A DNA stretch of 64,000 nucleotides, taken from Candidatus Spongiisocius sp. (lineage in GTDB: Bacteria > Actinomycetota > Acidimicrobiia > Spongiisociales > Spongiisociaceae). The notes below the pieces were generated by a model. The model ran no database searches, was not told where the DNA came from, and saw only the letters and a program-made list of their open reading frames with translations. Made by a program: the position numbers and the translations under genes. Positions 37,212 to 46,471 of this stretch are shown piece after piece. Every line of letters begins with the position of its first letter. Position 1 is the stretch's first letter. Location: assembly GCA_965203035.1 (NCBI GenBank), contig OZ241858.1, forward strand, positions 3,091,063-3,155,062, in the 5' to 3' direction.

Positions 37212-38210
37212 TCAGTACATCACCGTTCTGGTCAGGTGGTGCGGACGGAAGGTGGCGTGGTACTTCGACCACAGACGGAAATCGACCTGGGGGATCACAA
37301 CGCTGAGGTCTGCAGGTCTCAGAGCGTTGATGGCGTCCGTCAACAGCGCGGTGGCGTACAGGGTATGGGCCCGGATCTCGATTTCCTCATCGCTGTCACG
37401 CTCGATCATGTGGCCCTCGGCGATGCGGGTCGACAGCTCGGGGGCGTACTCGAAGATCCCCATCACCTCCAGGGCCACCGGAACGATGTAGTCGGCGAAG
37501 GCGGTCGTCATCGACAGGTCCCTGAGGCTCCACTCGCCGGAGGCGTGCAGCGCCATGTGCAGGGTCCACAGACCCAGTTGGGCGAGCTTGTGGATGTGAA
37601 CGTCCGCTCCGTGATAGGTGCTCGTGTCATCGAACCGGGGGAATTCGGCTATGAGCCGTTCCATTAGCCCGTCACCTTCCGCATACATCGCCGGGGCGCA
37701 GGTGCGGACGAAACGGTGGAACCGGCCCTCGTACCGATCCATCAGAACCGCCCCGGCTTCGTTGAGGATCTCGCTGCGCTCGTCGAGCATCGGCATCTCG
37801 ATGTTGCCGCGGAAAATGTCGTCGAGGTCGGACCTCGTGACCGACGCCAGGTACTCGCCGTCGAGCAACGGGACACCGTTCGAGAGGGCCTGATGGAGGC
37901 AGGCGAACATTCCGAGGCTGTCCGACCAGGTCTGCCCCTTGTAGTCGGCCTCGAACTTGCGTCCGGTGTCGAAGTCCGTGAAGGCGAAGTTCAGGGTCGC
38001 CACCAGCATGGTGACATCGATGATGTCGTCAGGGTCGGAGCCCACGTCGAACTCGCCGACCGCCCCGCCGCGTGGGAACGCAAACTCCTCGTAGGCCATC
38101 CAACCGGCAACCCGGTCCACGGCGTCCGGCGAGGTCCGGACGTGGCGGGACCTTTCCACGACGCCCAGCACCGATCGGAGAACCGGACCATCCCAATATG
38201 TAGCGTTCAC
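37212..38210 (-). CDS. Hypothetical cytosolic protein (possibly DUF2419/Qng1-like queuosine-salvage family; unverified)
   Basis: 332 aa with strong coding GC3. I recognise no motif with confidence. The gene context is a nucleoside hydrolase, a transporter and a nucleoside ABC importer. Confidence 0.45.
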   Translation of the reverse strand: MNATYWDGPVLRSVLGVVERSRHVRTSPDAVDRVAGWMAYEEFAFPRGGAVGEFDVGSDPDDIIDVTMLVATLNFAFTDFDTGRKFEADYKGQTWSDSLGMFACLHQALSNGVPLLDGEYLASVTRSDLDDIFRGNIEMPMLDERSEILNEAGAVLMDRYEGRFHRFVRTCAPAMYAEGDGLMERLIAEFPRFDDTSTYHGADVHIHKLAQLGLWTLHMALHASGEWSLRDLSMTTAFADYIVPVALEVMGIFEYAPELSTRIAEGHMIERDSDEEIEIRAHTLYATALLTDAINALRPADLSVVIPQVDFRLWSKYHATFRPHHLTRTVMY

Positions 38211-38277
38211 TCTGCTCCTTTCAGACGGACAACTAGGGCGTGTTCACGCTATACGCGTCCGTTAGTAATCGCGGGCC

Positions 38278-38596
38278 CCGTGGTTGGTCTGTGGGGCGGC
38301 GGTGGGGTCTGGCGCCGCCAGCGGCGTCTATGGCAAGGACTGCTGACGAAGGCGTACCCGCAGGGTACGTTGAGGAGGCAGGACGCAGCCAGAGGCGTCG
38401 ACGGCGATCCACACCACGCCACCCCCACACAGACCACCGTGGTTGGTCTGTGGGGCGGCGGTGGGGTCTGGCGCCGCCAGCGGCGTCTATGGCAAGGACT
38501 GCTGACGAAGGCGTACCCGCAGGGTACGTTGAGGAGGCAGGACGCAGCCAGAGGCGTCGATGGCGGTCCAGAGCACGCCGACCGCCACACAGACCG
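38278..38596. repeat. Tandem direct repeat, 2 x ~159 nt (~90% identical), non-coding structured element; third diverged copy at 52148..52310
   Basis: Unit 1 spans 38278..38436 and unit 2 spans 38437..38596. Each contains the hairpin CGTACCC-GCA-GGGTACG. The element lies in the 397-nt gap between the ABC permease stop (38608) and the next gene start (38210). Confidence 0.75.
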
Positions 38597-38607
38597 ACCA
38601 CGCACAA

Positions 38608-39840
38608 CTAGTTGGCCTCGCTGCGCCGGTAGGGAACACCGATCCCCTGCGGCGGGCGGATCTTCTGGTGTGCCAGGGACAGGACGAGCAGCGTGGTCAG
38701 GTGGGGAGCGAAGCCCACGAACTCCGAAGGAACGACCCCGAAACCGAGGAACCACCAGCCCAGACCCACCGCGGCGATCGCGTACGCGAAGGTCGCGCCA
38801 CGATTGCGGGCGCGAACAGCGCGGACGGTGAGGAAGGCGAACACCACCGCCCCGACGATCAGCAGGGCCGTCATCGTGGTCTCCTGGCGGGTCCGGAGCG
38901 CGTCGGTGAACCCGAAGAGAAGTGCTCCGATGGTGAGGCGACCCGGCATCCAGTTCCCGAAGATGACCGTGGCCAGACCGATGAACCCGCGTCCCGCCAC
39001 CTGCCCTTCGCGGTAGATCGAGGAGGCCACCGTCACCAGGAACGCCCCGCCGAGACCTGCCAGGGCGCCCGACACCGTGAGCGCCGCGTAGCGCATCCGG
39101 TTCGGGTTCACTCCGAGAGAATCCGCTGCCGCCGGATTCTCACCGCAAGCCCGCAGCCGCAACCCGAAGCTGGTCCGGAAGAGGACCCACCACGACAGGA
39201 ACACCAGCACGGCCGCCAGCAGGGTCAGGAGCGACACGCCCGTGGTCACGCCGATCCCTATCTCGGCGATGTCCGAGATCACCGGAGTCTCGAGGCTCGC
39301 GATCGGATCGAGCATCTCGGCGAGACCGGGAACCGACACGTTGGCGATCTGGCCGACGTGCGGAGACTGGCTGATCCCCCCTCCCGGCCGGCCCTCGAAG
39401 AAGATCGACGACAGGAACCGGCCCAGTCCCAGGGCGGCGACGTTGATGGCAATGCCGGAGACGGCTTGATCCACGCCGAACGAGACCGTCATCAGGGCGT
39501 GGAACGCGCCGAACACCGCTCCGCCCGCGATAGCAGCCAGCACTCCCACCCAGGGACTCCACTGGAACCCTGCCCAGGCGCCCATCCAGGTTCCGATGAT
39601 CATCATGCCCTCTAGGCCGATGTTGATGACGCCGCAGCGCTCCGCCCACAAGCCTCCGAGCCCTGCCAGGACGATCGGAACCGCGAACCGGAGCGAAGCG
39701 CTCACGGCGCCGCGTGACAGCAGGTCCGGGGTGTTCGCGATGTCGGCGACCGCCGACAGCAACAGGAGCGCCATGACCGCTCGCACCCACCATCGGCTCC
39801 AGATCGAGCGCGAAGTCCTGGGCTCACGGAGGGTTTTCAC
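38608..39840 (-). CDS. ABC transporter permease (BMP-family nucleoside importer, NupC/YufQ-like)
   Basis: 410 aa polytopic membrane protein. The ATG at 39840 overlaps the upstream permease stop. Confidence 0.8.
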   Translation of the reverse strand: MKTLREPRTSRSIWSRWWVRAVMALLLLSAVADIANTPDLLSRGAVSASLRFAVPIVLAGLGGLWAERCGVINIGLEGMMIIGTWMGAWAGFQWSPWVGVLAAIAGGAVFGAFHALMTVSFGVDQAVSGIAINVAALGLGRFLSSIFFEGRPGGGISQSPHVGQIANVSVPGLAEMLDPIASLETPVISDIAEIGIGVTTGVSLLTLLAAVLVFLSWWVLFRTSFGLRLRACGENPAAADSLGVNPNRMRYAALTVSGALAGLGGAFLVTVASSIYREGQVAGRGFIGLATVIFGNWMPGRLTIGALLFGFTDALRTRQETTMTALLIVGAVVFAFLTVRAVRARNRGATFAYAIAAVGLGWWFLGFGVVPSEFVGFAPHLTTLLVLSLAHQKIRPPQGIGVPYRRSEAN

Positions 39841-40937
39841 GCGGTTGCTCCGTCCTCGATGCCTTCGTGCTCGCTCCGGCCTACCAGTTTCTGTTGCCGG
39901 CGCACGTTGACCCTGCGGACGACCTCATAGGCCACCACCACGCTCAACACGATCGTGGCCTGCATGATGGTCACTATCTCACGCGACACGCCGAGCAGGT
40001 CGAGAATCTGGGAGGATCGCTCCAACCACGCCCAGAGGAGGGCGCCGAATGCTACGCCCAAGGGATGGTTCCGGCCGAGGATCGCGATGGCGAGGCCGGT
40101 GAATCCGAAGCCTGCCGGGAAGTCGAGGCCGTACTGGTGGGAAGATCCCAGGAGTTGCGGTATCCCCACCAGACCGGCCATCGCTCCGGACATGACCATC
40201 GTGACGAAGATCATGCGCTTGGAGTTGACGCCGCTCACCGCCGCGGCCCGGAGCGAGAGGCCGCTGGCGCGCAGTTCGAAGCCGAAGCGGGTCCGGTTGA
40301 GGAGGATCCAGAAGGCGATACCCAGCGCCACCGCCACGAGCGTGAAGCCGAACACCTCCTTGCCCGCCACACCGAAACCGGGGAACCATCCGGAGGACGG
40401 TATCGGCGGGGTCCGGATGTTGTTGCTGCCGGCTACCCGCTCGGCCAGCCTCCCCGGAGCGAGCAGGTAGGCGATGATCCCGGTGGCCACCGCATTGAGC
40501 ATGATGGTGCTGATGACCTCCGAGACCCCCCTGGTGACCTTGATGTAACCGGCGAGGGCCGCCCATCCGGCCCCGACCGCCATGGCGACCACGACGATAA
40601 GGGTGACGTGGAGTACCGGCGGCAGCGACACCGACGCCCCGACCACCGCGGCGAAGAACACCGCCAGCCGGTACTGCCCGTCGATGCCGATGTTGAAGAG
40701 CAGCATCCGGAACCCGATCGCACCGGCGATTCCTGCCAGGTAGAACGTGGTGGCCTTGTTGAGCACGGCCACCAGGCTGGCCGGAGTCGTCCCGAAGGCC
40801 ACGACCTCGCCGAGAACGCTCCCGGCGTCGGCGCCGGTGAAGTGGAGGATGGCGGCGGCGAGCAGGGCGGCGAAGACTATGGCGACCACCGGCGCGATCA
40901 GCTGGAGCAGGAGACGTTCGATGCGGGTTTCGATCAC
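39837..40937 (-). CDS. ABC transporter permease (BMP-family nucleoside importer, NupB/YufP-like)
   Basis: The start is taken at GTG 40937 (VIETRIERLLLQLIAPVV), overlapping the ATPase stop (GTGA). The track's 517-aa form carries an Arg/Gly-rich spurious N-terminus. Confidence 0.7.
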   Translation of the reverse strand: MIETRIERLLLQLIAPVVAIVFAALLAAAILHFTGADAGSVLGEVVAFGTTPASLVAVLNKATTFYLAGIAGAIGFRMLLFNIGIDGQYRLAVFFAAVVGASVSLPPVLHVTLIVVVAMAVGAGWAALAGYIKVTRGVSEVISTIMLNAVATGIIAYLLAPGRLAERVAGSNNIRTPPIPSSGWFPGFGVAGKEVFGFTLVAVALGIAFWILLNRTRFGFELRASGLSLRAAAVSGVNSKRMIFVTMVMSGAMAGLVGIPQLLGSSHQYGLDFPAGFGFTGLAIAILGRNHPLGVAFGALLWAWLERSSQILDLLGVSREIVTIMQATIVLSVVVAYEVVRRVNVRRQQKLVGRSEHEGIEDGATA

Positions 40938-42451
40938 GCGGCATCGGCTCCGGTCATGGCCGCGCCCAGATCCTCGGGACCGATGGCGGACGGATCGAAC
41001 TCCCCCACCAGCCGGCCACGCAGGATCACGAGGATCCGGTCCGAGATGCCGATCAACTCCTCGAGGTCCGCCGAGACCAGCAGCACCGCCACCCCTGCCC
41101 GCCTGACCGCTGACAACCGCGTCCAGATCGCAGCCTGGGCGCCCACGTCCACCCCGCGGGTCGGATGGGCCGCGATGAGGACACGCGGCTCCCCGGCCAT
41201 CTCGCGGCCGACGATCAGCTTCTGCTGGTTTCCGCCGGAGAGGGCCGAGGCCAGCACCTCGATGCTGGGAGTACGAACGTCCGAGTCGGCGACGATCCGC
41301 TCCGTATCCTCGCGAGCCGCCTTGCGATCGATCCACACCCCCCGGTTTATCGGCGGATGCATCTGGTGGCCGAGGATGCGGTTCTCCCACAGGGCCGCGT
41401 CCAGCAACAGGGCTTCACGGTGGCGATCCTGGGGGATGTAGGCGAGCCCCAGGCTACGCCGGACGCTGGTGGCCGCCTCGGTGACGTCCTCCTCGCCGAA
41501 CAGAACCTGGCCGGATACGGGATCGGTCAGCCCGAGAATGGTCTCGATCAGCTCGGACTGGCCGTTTCCCTCCACACCGGCGATACCCACGATCTCGCCG
41601 GAGCGGACGGTGAGGTCGATGTCCGAGAGGCTGGTCTCGTGCCCACGGCCTCGGGTCGACACGGACCGGAGCCTCAGCCCGACCTCGGGTCGCACCTCGA
41701 CGGTCCTCGGCTCGGGTGTCGGAAGCTCGCTCCCGACCATGAGCTGTGCCAACTCCCTGGACGTTATCTCGGCCGGTCTGGTGTGCGCCACGGTCCGCGC
41801 GTTCCGCATCACCGTGATCTCATCGGCGACCGCCAGCACCTCGTCGAGCTTGTGGGAGATGAAGATCACGGTCAGGCCGTCGCCGGTCAGCCTTCTCAGG
41901 TTCTTGAGCAGTTCGTCAACTTCCTGGGGGACCAGCACCGACGTGGGCTCGTCCAGGATCAGCACTCGCGCGCCACGGTAGAGGACCTTGATGATCTCGA
42001 CCCGTTGCCGGTTCCCTACGGATAGGTCGGCCACCAGGGTCTCCGGCTCGATGGGGATCCGGTAGTGATCCCCCAACTCCACGATCCGGGCCCGGGCGGC
42101 ATCGAAATCGATCCGCCCGGCGCGCCCGGTCGGTTCGTCGCCCAGGATCACGTTCTCGAGAACGGTCAGGTTGTCAGCCAGCTTGAAGTGCTGGTGCACC
42201 ATTCCGATCCCCGCGGCGATGGCATCGGCCGGCGACGACATCGGGATGGTCGTGCCTTCCACGAGGATCTCTCCCTCGTCGGGCACGACCATCCCGTACA
42301 GGATGTTCATCAGGGTCGATTTGCCCGCTCCGTTCTCGCCGATCACCGCGTGCGCGGTGCCGGACTCGACACGGAGGTTCACGTCCCGGTTGGCTACCAC
42401 CCCCGGGTATCTCTTGGTGATCCCCCGCAACTCGATGGCCGGGGCGGGCAT
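40934..42451 (-). CDS. ABC transporter ATP-binding protein, duplicated ATPase (sugar/nucleoside type)
   Basis: 505 aa with two Walker-A sites (GENGAGKST, GVEGNGQSE) and an LSGGNQQK signature. Confidence 0.85.
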   Translation of the reverse strand: MPAPAIELRGITKRYPGVVANRDVNLRVESGTAHAVIGENGAGKSTLMNILYGMVVPDEGEILVEGTTIPMSSPADAIAAGIGMVHQHFKLADNLTVLENVILGDEPTGRAGRIDFDAARARIVELGDHYRIPIEPETLVADLSVGNRQRVEIIKVLYRGARVLILDEPTSVLVPQEVDELLKNLRRLTGDGLTVIFISHKLDEVLAVADEITVMRNARTVAHTRPAEITSRELAQLMVGSELPTPEPRTVEVRPEVGLRLRSVSTRGRGHETSLSDIDLTVRSGEIVGIAGVEGNGQSELIETILGLTDPVSGQVLFGEEDVTEAATSVRRSLGLAYIPQDRHREALLLDAALWENRILGHQMHPPINRGVWIDRKAAREDTERIVADSDVRTPSIEVLASALSGGNQQKLIVGREMAGEPRVLIAAHPTRGVDVGAQAAIWTRLSAVRRAGVAVLLVSADLEELIGISDRILVILRGRLVGEFDPSAIGPEDLGAAMTGADAA

Positions 42452-42457
42452 CGACTC

Positions 42458-43537
42458 TTAACTAGTCGTGGAGGGAACCGCTATCTCGCCGGAGATGATC
42501 TGTTCCGCGTAGGCGTCGACCTCGCCGGCGATGTGGTCGATCAGGCCGCCCGAAGTCGAGTACCCGACACCTCCCGCTTCGAGATCGAAAACGTTCACGC
42601 CTGCCTGGACGGACCCGTCGACGACCTGGGTCGCGAAGGCATGGGTGGCCACGTTCACATTCTTCAGCATCGAGGTCATGATGACATCACGTACCTCGGG
42701 GGCAGCCGTGTGGTACTGGTCGGCATCCACTCCGATAGCCAGGTATCCGCCTTCTGTCGCGGCTTCGAAGAGCCCCCCGCCGGATCCGCCGGCCGCCGCG
42801 TACACGATGTCGGCGCCTGCGTCGAACATCCCCTTGGCGGCTTCCTTCCCCTTGGCCGGATCGTTGAATCCCGAGAAGTCCGGAGGCTGGCTCAGGTAGG
42901 TAGACGTGATCTCGATGTCGGGGTTGACGGCCTTCGCTCCGGCGATGTAGCCGGCTTCGAACTTGACGATGAGCGGAACGTTCACGCCACCGATGAATCC
43001 CACATGGCCGGTGTCACTCTCGAGCGCGGCCACCACTCCGACGAGGAAGGAACCCTCCTCCTCGGCGAACACCAGGCCCGCCACGTTGGGAGCCTCGACC
43101 GTGCCGTCGTCGACGATGCCGAACCACACGTCGGGGTACTCGGCCGCCACTTCCGCAACCGGGCCCGCATAGGTGAACCCGACGGCGATGATCGGATTGT
43201 GACCCGAATCAGCCAGCAGCCTCAGACGGTCGGAACGATCCTGATCGGTGTCCTCCGCCTTCGCCGTGACCTCGGTGAGCTCGAGGCCGAGTTCAGAGGC
43301 GGCCTGCTCGGCGCCGTTGTAGGCGAGATCGTTGAATCCGCCGTCACCCCTACCTGCCAGGTCGTACGCGACTGCGACCTTGAACTCTGACGCCGGCGCT
43401 TCCGTGGTCGTCGGCGCGGCCGTCGTGGTCGGGGCCGCGGTCGTGGTGGTGGTCTCCTCCGCCTCCCCGCCGCATGCCGCCGCGGCCAGCGCAAGGACCG
43501 CTGACAGGACTAGAAGGACTGTTCGTTGTCTTGGCAT
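42458..43537 (-). CDS. BMP-family ABC substrate-binding lipoprotein (PnrA/TmpC/Med-like purine-nucleoside receptor)
   Basis: The signal peptide carries lipobox LALAAAACGG, followed by a Thr-rich linker and the BMP fold (KVAVAYDLAGRGDGGFND). Confidence 0.85.
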   Translation of the reverse strand: MPRQRTVLLVLSAVLALAAAACGGEAEETTTTTAAPTTTAAPTTTEAPASEFKVAVAYDLAGRGDGGFNDLAYNGAEQAASELGLELTEVTAKAEDTDQDRSDRLRLLADSGHNPIIAVGFTYAGPVAEVAAEYPDVWFGIVDDGTVEAPNVAGLVFAEEEGSFLVGVVAALESDTGHVGFIGGVNVPLIVKFEAGYIAGAKAVNPDIEITSTYLSQPPDFSGFNDPAKGKEAAKGMFDAGADIVYAAAGGSGGGLFEAATEGGYLAIGVDADQYHTAAPEVRDVIMTSMLKNVNVATHAFATQVVDGSVQAGVNVFDLEAGGVGYSTSGGLIDHIAGEVDAYAEQIISGEIAVPSTTS

Positions 43538-43641
43538 TAGCTGTCTCCCTTTCTCGTTCGTTGCGTTCGTCAGCTACAGTCGACGTCCTCACCCCCTAGG
43601 GGGTCGGATGGACTGCAGGGGGTTTGGGTTGGATGGGCCGG

Positions 43642-44682
43642 TCATACTTGCGCCGCCTTGCGCCGGGCGCCCATGGGCGCGCTCCGCGGAGGCCCGCAGG
43701 ACGCTCTCTCGGTCAGGCGGACGTCGAGTACCACCCGCCTGGAATTGCGGGAGGAGTCGTTGCTCATCCTGGACAGGAGCATCCGCATCGCCAGGGCGCC
43801 CTGCTCCTCCATCGGGCGGTCGATTACGGTCAACGGCGGATCCAGGATCTCGGAGAACGGATGGTCATCGAACCCGACCACCGAAAGGTCGTCAGGGACC
43901 CGCACACCGATGTCCTTGATAGCTCTCAAAGCTCCGATGGTCATCGTGTTGTTGGCCACGAAGACCGCGGTCGGTGGGTCAGGAAGGGCCAGCAACCGCA
44001 GCATCGACTGGTAGCCGCCATGCTCCTTGAAACCTCCCGGCTGGACGAATTCGGGCGGAAGTTCGATGGAATGCGCGGCCAGGGCATCGCGGTATCCCTC
44101 GAGGCGGAACCGGCCGGGCGTCGAATCCACAGTCCCTGCGATGGTCGCTATCCGCTCGTGCCCGTTCGACAGGAGATGCTCGACGGCGGCACGAGCCCCT
44201 CCGTGATTGTCGATCAGGACGGTGTCGAAACGACCGGTGGACGGCGCCTCCCGATCGATCAGGACGGTCGGTACTCCGGCATCCGCCAGTCGTTGCGGGC
44301 TGGGGTTGTTCTCGCTGGCGGGCGCGAGCAACATCCCATCCACTCTGGTCAGCAGGTCCTCGACTACCTCGGCCTCGCGGTCGTCGCTCTCGTCGGTGTT
44401 GGCCAGGAAGATGGTGTGTCCTCCCTGGACGGTGATGGACTCGGCGCCGCGGACCACCGCTGCGAAGAACGGGTTGGTGATGTCCGGAACCACCAGGGCG
44501 ATAGCGCCGGTCTTGCCCGACTTGAGAGACTGCGCAGCCGGGCTGGGCCGGTAGCGAAGGCGGGCAACGGCGCTATTGATGCGTTCCGCCGCGCGAACAC
44601 GGTCGCCTCGCAGGTGGCGTGACACGGTCGAAACGGAAACGCCCGCCTCCTGGGCTACATCGGTGATGGTCGGGGTTTTCAC
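43642..44682 (-). CDS. LacI-family transcriptional regulator
   Basis: The N-terminal HTH is TITDVAQEAGVSVSTVSRHL, followed by a periplasmic-binding-protein-like sugar-binding domain. It is divergent from ribokinase. Confidence 0.8.
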   Translation of the reverse strand: MKTPTITDVAQEAGVSVSTVSRHLRGDRVRAAERINSAVARLRYRPSPAAQSLKSGKTGAIALVVPDITNPFFAAVVRGAESITVQGGHTIFLANTDESDDREAEVVEDLLTRVDGMLLAPASENNPSPQRLADAGVPTVLIDREAPSTGRFDTVLIDNHGGARAAVEHLLSNGHERIATIAGTVDSTPGRFRLEGYRDALAAHSIELPPEFVQPGGFKEHGGYQSMLRLLALPDPPTAVFVANNTMTIGALRAIKDIGVRVPDDLSVVGFDDHPFSEILDPPLTVIDRPMEEQGALAMRMLLSRMSNDSSRNSRRVVLDVRLTERASCGPPRSAPMGARRKAAQV

Positions 44683-44738
44683 CCTTCCGGTTCCTCTCTC
44701 GTCTCAGGCGGCCGGGATGCGTTACAGTTGCATCCGGT

Positions 44739-44754
44739 CTGAAAACGGTTTCAG
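44739..44754. promoter_or_regulatory. Candidate LacI-family operator, near-palindrome CTGAAAACGGTTTCAG, in the lacI/rbsK divergent intergenic region
   Basis: Resembles TGnAAnCGnTTnCA-type LacI operators. The adjacent hairpin GGATGC-N9-GCATCC lies at 44715..44735. Confidence 0.4.
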
Positions 44755-44835
44755 AAATTGTATAGCAAGTAAGGTGAGAGCGTCAACCCGGATCCGGATC
44801 CTCTTGCGGTCCGGGCAGCCAGACAACGAGGAGAC

Positions 44836-45786
44836 ATGATGTCCACGAGTTCCAGCCCACCAACGGTGGTCGTGGTTGGTTCGACCATGATCGACCTGAC
44901 CGCCTACGCATCGAGGATCCCCAGGTCGGGAGAGACCCTGGTCGGAGAGCGGTTCCAGATGGGCTTCGGGGGCAAGGGGGCCAACCAGGCCGTTATGGCG
45001 CGGCTGCTCGATGCCAACGTGGTGATGGTCAACTGTCTGGGAGACGACGCCTACGGAGACATGACGCTGGACAACTTCGCAACCTTCGGGATAGACACCA
45101 CCCACGTGCACCGGGTGCCGGGCGCCAGCGGCGTGGCCCCGATCTGGGTCGAGCCGGACGGAAGCAACCGGATCATCATCATCCCGGGCGCCAACCACGA
45201 CCTGACCGCCGCTCAGGCGGCTCGATCGGTCCGGCAGGCACCGGACGCGGCGGTCGTGGCGGGCCAGCTCGAGATTCCCCAGGAGGTCACCGCGGCCGCG
45301 TTCGCCGCCGCGAGGGATGCAGGTGCCATCACCATCCTGAATCCGGCGCCGGCCGCTCCCCTGTCGAACGACATACTCGAGCTGAGCGACTGGTTGATTC
45401 CGAACGAGGTGGAGTTCGAGATGCTGGCGGGAGTGCCTCCGGACTCCGACGATGCGCTCACCGGCTTTGCGAGCGAAACCGCCACTCGCCTGGTGGTCAC
45501 CCTCGGCGACGAAGGGGCGGCCCTGGTGTCACCCGAACTCGACCGGGTCATTCGCATCCGCTCACCCCGGGTGGATCCCGTTGACACGACCGGCGCCGGC
45601 GACGCGTTCGTGGGAGCCTTCATGGTGGGACTCGCATCGGGTCTGGACGAGCGCGATGCGGTCCGGCTCGGTAATGCCTGCGCGGCGGACAGCGTGACCC
45701 GCCCGGGTACCCAGTCCTCCTTCCCGCCTCCGGAGCGGAACGCGCAATTCCTGGCCGAGATTCAAGGGTCGCCTAATAACGCCTGA
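44836..45786 (+). CDS. rbsK: Ribokinase (PfkB family)
   Basis: GGKGANQA and the C-terminal DTTGAGDAF motif are present. The protein is 316 aa. Confidence 0.85.
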   Translation: MMSTSSSPPTVVVVGSTMIDLTAYASRIPRSGETLVGERFQMGFGGKGANQAVMARLLDANVVMVNCLGDDAYGDMTLDNFATFGIDTTHVHRVPGASGVAPIWVEPDGSNRIIIIPGANHDLTAAQAARSVRQAPDAAVVAGQLEIPQEVTAAAFAAARDAGAITILNPAPAAPLSNDILELSDWLIPNEVEFEMLAGVPPDSDDALTGFASETATRLVVTLGDEGAALVSPELDRVIRIRSPRVDPVDTTGAGDAFVGAFMVGLASGLDERDAVRLGNACAADSVTRPGTQSSFPPPERNAQFLAEIQGSPNNA

Positions 45787-45934
45787 TCGGGGCCGCCCCG
45801 GTCACGACGTACCGGGAGCATCGCCGTGACATGCGTACGTGAGGCTCCTCACCGGCGCGAGCCCTCGGATGTGGAAAGCAAGCCATGCCGGCGGGGTGGT
45901 CCCGGATATGGACCGCCCCATGGCCGATCCCTAC

Positions 45935-46219
45935 CTAACTTCCTCCCCAGCCGGGAATCTCGCCCACCGGGATGGTGATGGTCACTCCCGTCCGAACGGT
46001 CCCGGACGGCATCCCGTTCGCTGACCGGATGAGCGCCACCGTATGGCGTACATCATCTCCCGGAGCAGTGTGGGCGCTCGCAATCGACCAGAGCGTCTCG
46101 CCAGCCTTCACCACGTGGGACACCGTCGCGACAGACTCGGGCCCGGCGTCGGCCTGCGGACCCAGGAGCAGCACCGCCAGGCCCACCACGATGACCGGTA
46201 CCAGGGCCATCCGCAGCAT
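45935..46219 (-). CDS. LysM-domain membrane protein, divergent from lexA (Rv2719c-like arrangement)
   Basis: A TM segment (MLRMALVPVIVVGLAVLLLG) is followed by a LysM domain (HVVKAGETLWSIA). The longer track form (to 46324) would start inside an SOS box. Confidence 0.55.
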   Translation of the reverse strand: MLRMALVPVIVVGLAVLLLGPQADAGPESVATVSHVVKAGETLWSIASAHTAPGDDVRHTVALIRSANGMPSGTVRTGVTITIPVGEIPGWGGS

Positions 46220-46303
46220 GGTCCGCCGCTGGTCGGGCCCAGGTTTCCGTCCGGCGGTAATACCGCGACCGCCGGGTACCGGGTAGTAGGGTTGGATCGG
46301 TTC

Positions 46304-46317
46304 CAAACATATGTTCG
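46304..46317. promoter_or_regulatory. LexA box (CAAACATATGTTCG, 1 mismatch)
   Basis: Cheo-type palindrome in the lexA / LysM divergent region. Confidence 0.6.
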
Positions 46318-46337
46318 TGTCCATGAGGTCACTCTAG

Positions 46338-46351
46338 CGAACATATGTTCG
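46338..46351. promoter_or_regulatory. LexA box (CGAACATATGTTCG, perfect)
   Basis: Identical 14-mer to the imuA' box at 1563. Confidence 0.8.
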
Positions 46352-46397
46352 GGCCGTCAAGTACCCGCAGTGAACCCTCTCCGGACAGAGACGGACC

Positions 46398-46411
46398 CGA
46401 ACATGAGTTCG
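46398..46411. promoter_or_regulatory. LexA box (CGAACATGAGTTCG)
   Basis: Third Cheo-type site, about 60 nt upstream of the lexA ATG. Confidence 0.65.
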
Positions 46412-46471
46412 GGATTCTGGGAAATCTGCGGTAGAGTGCTAGACGACAACGATTGCCAAGGAGTATCGACC

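Noticed and set aside
38278-38596. Possible CRISPR array
   Set aside because: There are only two units. They are ~159 nt long and directly abutting without spacers, and no cas genes are present. It is a tandem duplication of a structured element.
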